From: an uncultured Chthoniobacterales bacterium
GTDB lineage: Bacteria > Verrucomicrobiota > Verrucomicrobiia > Chthoniobacterales > UBA10450
Direction of reading: 5' to 3'
Assembly (NCBI GenBank): GCA_964236815.1
Contig: CAXSFN010000020.1
Coordinates: 487-64,486, forward strand
DNA: 64,000 nucleotides
Numbering within the stretch: the stretch's first letter is position 1; every line of letters starts with the position of its first letter. The notes below the pieces were generated by a model, which ran no database searches, was not told the DNA's origin, and worked only from the letters and a program-made list of their open reading frames with translations. This document shows positions 19,424 through 27,500 of this stretch, in pieces. The position numbers and the translations under genes are program-made.

Positions 19424-20028
19424 GCCGCGTCTTTCTCCTGTCGCCCGCCTACGCCGGTGGACAGCGGGCGCAGATGATTATGAACGAGCGCGCGCAATTC
19501 GATCTCGCCCGGCGACTGCGCAGTAAGAATCAGCCCACGCTCGGTGAAGTATTTACCTTCCTGAGCGGCCTCTACTTCCGCGGAAAGCTCGCTTATGCGA
19601 ACGCCTTTGCCGCGAGCGCGAGCGTCCTCGTCATTACGCCGAATCGCGGTCTGTTGCCCGCGAATCTTCCGATTGGTCCGGCCGATCTGCGCGCTTTCGC
19701 CGAGGTCGATATTCACGAAGACGATCCCCGCTATCGCAAACCACTCGAGCGGGACGTGCGCAAACTAGCCAGGCAGCTTCCAGCGAAAGGCGAAGTCGTT
19801 TTACTCGGGAGTATCGCCACCGGAAAATACGTCGACGTGCTCGTGAAAAATTTTGGAGAACGTCTGCTTTTTCCGGCGGATTTCGTCGGTCGCGGCGATA
19901 TGAGTCGCGGCGGATTGTTGCTGCGTTCCGCCGCCGATCGCTGCGAGCTCAACTACATTCCTGTTTCTGGCGCGGTGCGAAAAGGAAAGCGTCCGCCGAA
20001 ACTGACCCCGCGGCGATATACGAAATGA
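19420..20028 (+). CDS. conserved hypothetical protein, translationally coupled to hxlR and DNA ligase
   Basis: ATG 19420 overlaps the hxlR stop (ATGA), and its own stop overlaps the ligase ATG (ATGA). 202 aa (MSRVFLLSPAYAGGQRAQ...VVLLGSIATGKYVDVL...). No family recognised. Confidence 0.6.
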   Translation: MSRVFLLSPAYAGGQRAQMIMNERAQFDLARRLRSKNQPTLGEVFTFLSGLYFRGKLAYANAFAASASVLVITPNRGLLPANLPIGPADLRAFAEVDIHEDDPRYRKPLERDVRKLARQLPAKGEVVLLGSIATGKYVDVLVKNFGERLLFPADFVGRGDMSRGGLLLRSAADRCELNYIPVSGAVRKGKRPPKLTPRRYTK

Positions 20029-21056
20029 AACAAAACGCGCTCCAGCCTCCGGTCCCGCCAATGGAAGCGAAGTCCATCGCCGAAATTCCTGTCGGCGCTG
20101 AATGGCAATACGAGCCGAAATGGGACGGTTTCCGTTGCATCGCTTTTCGGGATGGAGACGAAGTTTATTTGCAATCGAAAGCCGGCCAGCCGTTGGCGCG
20201 TTATTTCCCTGATATCGTGGAGGAGCTCGCGCGATTGCCTGCTAAACATTTCGTTCTCGATGGCGAGCTCGTCATCCCAGTGGAGGGCAAGCTTTCCTTC
20301 GACGAACTGCAATTGCGTCTTCACCCCGCCGCCAGTCGCGTGCAAAAACTTGCGGCCGCTCATCCGGCGTTCTTCGTCGTCTTTGACTTGTTAGGCGAGA
20401 CCTCGGGACTCTCGCTCCTGGCGGATCCGTTGCGCACTCGTCGTTCGAAACTCGAGCAGTTCGCGGAAGCAAATCTGAAAACGAAAAGCGCGATCCGCCT
20501 TTCGCCCGCGACGACCGATCTTCAAAAAGCGAAGAAGTGGTTCGAGAAAGTCGGCGGCGATCTCGATGGCGTAATCGCCAAATTACTCGACGTCCCGTAC
20601 GCCTCCGGCGAGCGCACCGCGATGGTGAAAGTAAAACAGATCCGCACGGTCGATTGTGTGGTCGGTGGATTTCGTTACGGCACCGGCAGTAAATTGCTCG
20701 GCTCGCTCCTGCTCGGCTTGCACGGGGAAGATGGATTGCTCCACCACGTCGGTTTCACATCTGCGTTCAAGAAAGAGGATAGGGCAGCGTTGACGAAAAA
20801 GTTTGAAGCGATCCGGAAAGCGCCCGGCTTCACCGGCAACGCACCCGGCGGACCAAGTCGTTGGAGCACCGAACGCAGCGCCGAATGGGAACCGGTCGAT
20901 CCGAAGGTGGTCGTCGAGATCACCTACGATCATTTTACCGGCGATCGATTTCGTCACGGGACAAAGATCGTTCGCTGGCGCCAAGACAAAGCGCCGCAGC
21001 AGTGCACGCTCGATCAGGTTACCGGCCGCGAAGGCAAATCGCTCGTGCTGCTATAA
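20025..21056 (+). CDS. ATP-dependent DNA ligase, minimal adenylation + OB type (LigC-like)
   Basis: 343 aa. Motif I EPKWDGFR (active-site Lys), FVLDGELV, FFVVFDLL, LDGVIAK, MVKVK. No polymerase, nuclease or BRCT domains. Confidence 0.9.
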   Translation: MKQNALQPPVPPMEAKSIAEIPVGAEWQYEPKWDGFRCIAFRDGDEVYLQSKAGQPLARYFPDIVEELARLPAKHFVLDGELVIPVEGKLSFDELQLRLHPAASRVQKLAAAHPAFFVVFDLLGETSGLSLLADPLRTRRSKLEQFAEANLKTKSAIRLSPATTDLQKAKKWFEKVGGDLDGVIAKLLDVPYASGERTAMVKVKQIRTVDCVVGGFRYGTGSKLLGSLLLGLHGEDGLLHHVGFTSAFKKEDRAALTKKFEAIRKAPGFTGNAPGGPSRWSTERSAEWEPVDPKVVVEITYDHFTGDRFRHGTKIVRWRQDKAPQQCTLDQVTGREGKSLVLL

Positions 21057-21075
21057 GCCTTAACGCGTCGCACAT

Positions 21076-21201
21076 GTCATCCTGAGGCTGGCGAAGCGCG
21101 CCGAAGGATCTCGCGCCGGGACTAGCGATTCAGGGGTTGCTTCCCGCGCGACCCGCTAGCAGTTGGCGAGATCCTTCATCGTCTCCGCGATTCAGGATGA
21201 C
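21076..21201. repeat. hairpin MITE/REP-like element, GTCATCCTGAG family, copy A
   Basis: Left arm GTCATCCTGAGGCTGGCGAAGCGCGCCGAAGGATCTCGC. The right arm is the inverted GTCATCCTGAATCGCGGAGACGATGAAGGATCTCGC. Lies between the convergent ligase and tonB genes. Confidence 0.8.
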
Positions 21202-21228
21202 ACGCGGTGATGCGTATCGTGCTGCGGA

Positions 21229-22014
21229 TCACTCCGCGTTCAGCTCGAAATTAATATTCACGTCGTAGTGCCCGCCATTCCCGAGCCCGGCCGGGAGCGG
21301 ATCGACTTGCGTGACGCGTTTCGCGATGGCCTCGACCGATTCATCGACCACGATATTACCCGACGGTCTAACGAGTGAAAAATCTGAAACACGCCCATCC
21401 TTTTCGATGCGAATCCGGACCAGGGTCGACATCTTCGCGCCGGTCGCGACAACGCTCATGGGCTGATCCCAGCCGCCGAAAAAGCGGTCGTGCAACATGC
21501 TGCCGTAGCGTACGAACTGTGTGGCGCTGCCCGCTCCGTTTGCCTCTCCGCCACTCGAACCAGCCACTACCACTGCCGAGGGCCGGGCCGTCGTGTTCTT
21601 GCTTTGGGTAGATGAAGTTTCTCTTTTCTTTAGCGCGCTCCGCTTCGGCGAATCTTTCGCCAAAGCCATTTTCCTCGGAGTCGGCTTTGGGGTCGATTTC
21701 GGCGCGACCCTGGGAGTAGGAGCGAGTCGAAGAGACGCCGTGGGCGTTGGAGTTGCGAGAGGCAAATCGCTCACTTCTGCCGGAGCCATTTGTTCCTGCT
21801 CGGGAATCGCGCCTTCATCGGACTCCCCCGCTGCTGGCGTGCCGGCGGCTTCGGTCGGCAACTGCGCGGAATCCGACGCGCTCGCACTGCCTTCCATCCA
21901 AACGACGTCGGCTTTCAGCGGCGGCCGCGCCGTTTTGCTCCAGTGCGCCAGGCCCATTAGCCCCGCCACATGCAGCAGACCGACTAAGGCGAGGTTCCGC
22001 CAGAAACGCGACAT
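21229..22014 (-). CDS. tonB: energy transducer TonB
   Basis: 261 aa. N-terminal anchor, Pro/Ala/Thr-rich spacer, and a C-terminal TonB domain (...VRIRIEKDGRVSDFSLVRPSGN...DPLP). Follows exbB-exbD. Confidence 0.75.
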   Translation of the reverse strand: MSRFWRNLALVGLLHVAGLMGLAHWSKTARPPLKADVVWMEGSASASDSAQLPTEAAGTPAAGESDEGAIPEQEQMAPAEVSDLPLATPTPTASLRLAPTPRVAPKSTPKPTPRKMALAKDSPKRSALKKRETSSTQSKNTTARPSAVVVAGSSGGEANGAGSATQFVRYGSMLHDRFFGGWDQPMSVVATGAKMSTLVRIRIEKDGRVSDFSLVRPSGNIVVDESVEAIAKRVTQVDPLPAGLGNGGHYDVNINFELNAE

Positions 22015-22016
22015 GC

Positions 22017-22433
22017 TTAGGGCGATTCCGCTTTGGTTGCGATCCCAACCCGCGTGATTTGCGCGCGCTGTAACGCATCCATCAACGTAATCAGCTTTTG
22101 CACCGGCAATTCACGATCGGGCCGAATCACGACTGCCATTTCCGGATTGGCTTGCTTAGCACTCGTTAGGCGCGCAGCCAGGGTTTCGAGATCGACCGCC
22201 TCGTTGTTGAATTTGATCGCCTCGTCCCGATCGATCGAGAGCGTCAGCACTTTTGCGGGATCGACCGAAGTCTTCGCGGACGCGCTCGAGGGAACAGAGA
22301 GGTTGAGGCTGTTCTCGATCAACGGCGTAGTGATGATGAAGATGATGAGGAGGACGAAGGCGAGATCGAGCAGTGGCGTAACGTTGATCTCACTCAGGGT
22401 CGTGAGGTTGTTGCGTTGCGAGTAACGTCTCAT
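22017..22433 (-). CDS. exbD: biopolymer transporter ExbD/TolR
   Basis: 138 aa. INVTPLLDLAFVLLIIFIITTP is the ExbD signature. Confidence 0.9.
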   Translation of the reverse strand: MRRYSQRNNLTTLSEINVTPLLDLAFVLLIIFIITTPLIENSLNLSVPSSASAKTSVDPAKVLTLSIDRDEAIKFNNEAVDLETLAARLTSAKQANPEMAVVIRPDRELPVQKLITLMDALQRAQITRVGIATKAESP

Positions 22434-23185
22434 CCTCGAAACGCCGGTTCGCGCGGGCCGTGATCGACGTATTTATGCTCGAACTCCGAAGCCAGCTCGG
22501 CCGCGAAGTTATCCATCTCCACGATCAGACTGCGAATGCTAGTAACGAGAAAGTTGTAGCCGAACATCGCGGGAATTGCGACGCAGAGCGACATCACCGT
22601 GGTGATGAGCGCGCCGGAAACGCCCGGCGCCATCGTGGTCAAATTTGGAGCGCCTGCGACCGCGACATCGGTGAAGGTATCCATCACGCCCCAGACGGTG
22701 CCGAGTAATCCGAGAAAGGGGGCGCCACTGACCGCGGTCGCGAGCAGGATCATTTGCGATTCTAATCCGAGCGCGGTTTCGCCGACGGCGCGTTCCATCG
22801 CGGCCGTTACCGCCCCCATTTGCGGAGGCGAAATCTTGTCGGCGCTGTCGAGGCGCGCGCGAAAAGTTTCATCGACTTCGGATGAGCCTAACAAGTGAAA
22901 GGCCATCTCCTCACAACCAGCGCGATAGACATTGAAGAGCGGCGAACCGGGAAAGCGCGCGTTACTTTGAAACAAGCGCAGCGGTTGTCGATCCTGACGA
23001 AACGCCTCGCGAAAACGCGCGGTCTGTTGTCGCGCGAAACGAACCACGCGCATTTTCGTGATCATGACCGACCAGCTAAAAATTGAGCCGACCAGGAGAA
23101 AGGCGAGGACGATTTTTCCCGCGATGGTCGCGTGTTCGAAAGCGAACCAAAGACCGCCGGCCGCGAGAATTTCCACGGTCAACAA
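22430..23185 (-). CDS. exbB: MotA/TolQ/ExbB proton channel protein
   Basis: 251 aa. LATAVSGAPFLGLLGTVWGVM...TTMAPGVSGALITTV is the conserved MotA_ExbB core. 4-nt overlap with exbD. Confidence 0.9.
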   Translation of the reverse strand: MLTVEILAAGGLWFAFEHATIAGKIVLAFLLVGSIFSWSVMITKMRVVRFARQQTARFREAFRQDRQPLRLFQSNARFPGSPLFNVYRAGCEEMAFHLLGSSEVDETFRARLDSADKISPPQMGAVTAAMERAVGETALGLESQMILLATAVSGAPFLGLLGTVWGVMDTFTDVAVAGAPNLTTMAPGVSGALITTVMSLCVAIPAMFGYNFLVTSIRSLIVEMDNFAAELASEFEHKYVDHGPREPAFRG

Positions 23186-23236
23186 TTAGCGGACTTCAGG
23201 AAAGAAAAAAGGCGTGATCTCTATGTGCTTTCAAAC

Positions 23237-23330
23237 GTCATCCTGAATCGCGAAGACGATGAAGAACCTCTTCGTTCAGCATCGACTTCGTTACGCGAGA
23301 TACCTCGGCGTCTTTGCAGCTCGGGATGAC
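23237..23330. repeat. hairpin MITE/REP-like element, GTCATCCTGAG family, copy B (degenerate)
   Basis: GTCATCCTGAATCGCGAAGACGATGAAGAACCTC ... inverted GTCATCCCGAGCTGCAAAGACGCCGAGGTATCTC. Lies between the exbB start and the lgt stop. Confidence 0.7.
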
Positions 23331-23339
23331 ACGCGCGTG

Positions 23340-24275
23340 CTAGAGCTTCTTCGGATACACCGGCCGCATTCTGGCATAGACGATGAACCCCAGCCCGAGC
23401 GCGAAAAGGAAGAAGGAAAGAAATTGTCCATGCGTGAACGGACCGATCATGGACGCGTCCGGTTCGCGAAAAAATTCGACCACGATGCGCAAGACTGCAT
23501 AAAGCGACAGGAAGAGGCCGCAGAGAACGCCGTTCGGCGTCCGCATGCGCGTGCGCACAAACCACAGGATTCCAAAAAGCAGCACGCCTTCGAGAAAGCC
23601 TTCGTAAAGTTGCGAAGGGTGCCGCGGAGTGAGCACCTCACGCATTACTGCTTCGATTTTCGGGTTAGCCGGAAAGACGCGCAGCAGATCGTCCACTGTC
23701 GTGATGGTCGAGTCGATTGGCTGAGCCAATGCGATCGCGCGATCCGCCAAGGCCGCGCCGTGCGAGTCAGTCAATTCCTTGGGAAATTGCATCGCCCACG
23801 GCAGGTTGGCGGCACGCCCATAAAGCTCGCCATTGATGAAGTTCGCCAAGCGACCGAAGAGCAGACCGATCGTCGCGACCACGCAAAGATTATCGCCCAG
23901 ATTCGTGTAAGAAAGCTTGTACTTCCGCGTGTAATAGAAGGTGAAGAGGACGAGACCAATCATGCCGCCATGCGAGGACATGCCGCCTTCCCAGACACGG
24001 AAAACCGAGAGCGGCTCGCGCAACATTTCCGGTTTGTAAAAAAAGACGTAGCCGAGCCGGCCGCCGATCATGACGCCGAAGAGCGCGGCCCAGGTGATGT
24101 AATCGCCGACCTGCGCGGGATTGATATCGGCGTAGCCCTTCTTGGCCAAATGCGTGAGGAGGGCAAAGCCGCAAATGAACGCCATCACATAGGCCATCCC
24201 GTACCAGCGCGGGCCGAACGATTCCGTGATGTGAAAGATGAACGGATCGAGTTTGTGCAGGTAGTAGGCGAGCAT
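23340..24275 (-). CDS. lgt: prolipoprotein diacylglyceryl transferase
   Basis: 311 aa. FGPRWYGMAYVMAF, GGRLGYVFFY, GGMSSHGGMIG and GRLANFINGELYGR are Lgt motifs. Confidence 0.95.
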   Translation of the reverse strand: MLAYYLHKLDPFIFHITESFGPRWYGMAYVMAFICGFALLTHLAKKGYADINPAQVGDYITWAALFGVMIGGRLGYVFFYKPEMLREPLSVFRVWEGGMSSHGGMIGLVLFTFYYTRKYKLSYTNLGDNLCVVATIGLLFGRLANFINGELYGRAANLPWAMQFPKELTDSHGAALADRAIALAQPIDSTITTVDDLLRVFPANPKIEAVMREVLTPRHPSQLYEGFLEGVLLFGILWFVRTRMRTPNGVLCGLFLSLYAVLRIVVEFFREPDASMIGPFTHGQFLSFFLFALGLGFIVYARMRPVYPKKL

Positions 24276-24367
24276 GAGTGAAGCGACGCGCTATATCGCA
24301 GCAAGGCGCATTGGCGTCGAGCGGGCAATGTGTGCGCGCCGTTGCACGCACGATCGTTCCTGCCCGT

Positions 24368-24532
24368 GTCATCCTGAGTCGCGAAGACGACGAAGGATCC
24401 CACAATAGGTCGTTGATTTCCTTGAACCAAACGCGGAATTGCCACGCACAGACTATCGAGCCACCGCTTGGCGTACAAGAATGTCAGTGTGCTTGCGGGA
24501 GATCCTTCGTCGTCTTCGCGACTCAGGATGAC
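24368..24532. repeat. hairpin MITE/REP-like element, GTCATCCTGAG family, copy C
   Basis: Perfect 32-bp inverted arms GTCATCCTGAGTCGCGAAGACGACGAAGGATC (24368-24399 and, inverted, 24501-24532) around a ~100-bp centre. The right arm contains the last codons and the TGA of uvrA. Confidence 0.9.
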
Positions 24533-27500
24533 AACACTTTCGAACGCGCAAAGCGTTTAGGTTTGAATCCGAGCGTTTCACGCAGGAATGGCGCCGTTCG
24601 GCTAATGCGATTCTTTGCGACTTCTTCCGGCGTTCCGAAGGCAACAATCTCCCCGCCATCAGCGCCCGCTTCGGGCCCGATATCAATGAGGTAATCAGCT
24701 TCCGCGATTACGCTGAGATTATGCTCGATCACGATGACGGTGTTGCCTTCATCGACCAGCCGATGCAGCACTTTGAGCAGCAACTCCACGTCGGCCATGT
24801 GCAATCCGATTGTTGGCTCTTCCAAGAGATAGAGCGTCGATTTTGGTTTGCGCATTTTGCGGATGCGCTCGTTTTGCGCACGACCGGTGCCCCGCGCGAG
24901 CTCGGTCACTAGCTTCAATCGTTGCGCTTCACCGCCGCTCAAGGTCGGGCTCGGCTGTCCGAGTTTCAGATAACCCAAACCGGTGTCGACCAGCAGCCCG
25001 AGTGGTCGCGCGATTTTGTGATTTCCCGCAAAAAATTCCGCGGCCTGCTCGATCGTCATCTCCATCACGTCACCAATGCTGCGGTCGTTGTAGAGGACTT
25101 CGAGCGTTTGCGGATTGTAGCGACGCCCGCCGCAATCTTCGCACGGCACGTAACTGCTGGGCAGAAAACTCATCTCGAGTTTGATCACGCCCTGGCCTTT
25201 GCAGGTCTCGCAGCGGCCGCCTTCGGTATTGAAAGAGAAGCGCGAATTTACGTAACCGCGCACGCGCGAGACCGGCAGTTGCGCGTAGAGATTACGAATC
25301 TCGTCGAAGACTTTGATGTAGGTCGCGGGGGTGGAGCGCGAAGTTTTGCCGATCGGCGATTGATCGACTTCGTAGACGGTTTCAAAGGCGTCCGCGCCTG
25401 AAATCTGGGGAGCGCACGCGACCCGCGTGCTGTTCGCGGCGACTCGCCGCGAACTCTTGGAACGTCCGTAAGAAGAGTTAGTCACGTCGCTCAGTGTGAT
25501 CGGCGAGTCGCCGCTCACAGCGCGCGAGTCGCGTGCGCTCCCCAGAGATTCCTTCACCGCGGGTAGCAAAACCGAGCGCATCAGCGTCGATTTGCCACTG
25601 CCGGAAATCCCGGTGATGACCGTGAGCCGATTCACCGGAAAACGCGCGTCGATGTTCTTCAAATTATTCGCGCGTGCGCCGGTGATTTCGACCCAGTGCT
25701 CGACCTCGCCTAACGAGCGACGGCTCTTCCGTGTCGGATGACATAGCGGCGAACGCAGACACCGGCCGGTTTCAGAATTTTTGTGCGCTTTGATCTCAGC
25801 GAGCGTTCCCTCCACTACCACTTCGCCGCCATGCAGGCCCGCGCCCGGACCTAGATCGATGATGTGATCCGCGCGGCGCATCGTTTCCTCATCGTGCTCG
25901 ACAATCACGAGCGAATTTCCTTTTTCGCGCAACGCGGTCAGCGTTTCGAGGAGACGCAAATTATCTCGCGGATGCAGACCGATGGTGGGCTCGTCCAGAA
26001 CATAGAGAACCCCGCGTAAATTCGAGCCGAGTTGCGCGGCGAGACGGATGCGTTGCGATTCTCCGCCACTTAGAGTTTTCGCGCTTCGGCCTAACGAGAG
26101 ATAGCCCAGCCCGACGTTTTCCATGAACTGGAGCCGTTGCTCGATCTCCGGCACCAGATCGGCCGCGATGGTTTGCTGGTTGCCGCGGAAGCGCAATTTC
26201 CGGATGAGGAGAAATGCTTCGATCGCGGCCAGTTTAGTGAAATCGTCGATCGTTTTTCCCTGCACCCGCACGTGCCGTGCGATCGCATTTAAACGCGAAC
26301 CGTGGCAGGCCGGACAATCACGCGCTTCTTCTTCGTCGATCCATTCTGATTCGCGTTCGGCCGCGAGCTCGTTTTCCAAAACCGATTCGCCGGTTTCTTC
26401 CTCGCCGGTTTGCAGCTTCTGATTAAAGATTTCGCCGAACCCGCCGCATTCCTGGCAAGCACCGTGCGGTGAATTGAAGGAGAACAAGCGCGGATCGAGT
26501 TCCTCGAAAGCGCGACCGCAACCCGGACAACTCATCTCCGTGCTCATGACCGTGACGCGATGGTTCGCGTCGAGCAGGTGTGCAGTTCCACGACCGATAT
26601 CAAGCGCGCGCTGGACGAGATTGCGCGCTTTGCGGATTCGTTTCGCGTCGATCATTCCGACCACGACATCGATGGTGTGTTCTTTAAAGCGCTCGAGTTT
26701 TCGAAAATCCTCGATCGCGATTAGCGCTCCATCGACCAGTAACGTTTCAAACCCTTGCCGCTTCGCCCACGCCGCAACATCGGTGTGAAATCCTTTGCGC
26801 GCTTTGACCAGCGGCGCGAGCACGGTCAGCCGTCCGCGGCGCGCGGCGGTTTCCACCTGTTTGACGATCGCGGCCAGGCTTTGTTTCTCCACCGGCAGAT
26901 CGCAATCCGGACAAAACTGCGTGCCGGTTTTTGCAAAGAGCAGCCGGAGAAAATGATAAACTTCCGTCACGGTCGCGACGGTCGATTTGCCGCCGCCGCG
27001 CGTGACGCGTTGTTCGATAGCGACGCTCGGCGGCACGCCTTCGACCAGATCGACATCCGGCTTTTCAAGCTGCTCGACGAATTGCCGCGCGTAGGGTGAC
27101 ATGCTATCGAGGAAACGGCGCTGTCCCTCGGAAAATAGAATATCGAACGCGACGGTCGATTTTCCGGAACCGCTCAGCCCGGTGATGATGACCATTTTGT
27201 CGCGCGGGATCGCGAGCGAGATGTTCTTCAGGTTATGCTCGCGCGCGCCGTGAATTTGGATGGCGTTGTTGACATGGCCGTTCGTGAATGTTCCGGGGAG
27301 CACACGCGACTCGCGTGTTCCGTTCGGCGACTCGCCGAACGGTTCTTCGGCGGCGCGGAGGACAGGTTCGTGATCGTATTCCGTATAGACGCTCTGCGAA
27401 GTTCGCAGCGAGTCGCCGTGGACAGCACGCGGGTCGCGTGCGCTCCCCAAAACTTCGCGGAGATATCTTCCCGTATGACTCGCGTCTATTCTGGCCACGC

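Noticed and set aside
23259-24281. 340-aa + strand ORF covering lgt
   Set aside because: Antisense to a clear Lgt. Its 5' end runs through hairpin repeat B. Composition is Arg/Asp/Glu-rich with no domain signature.
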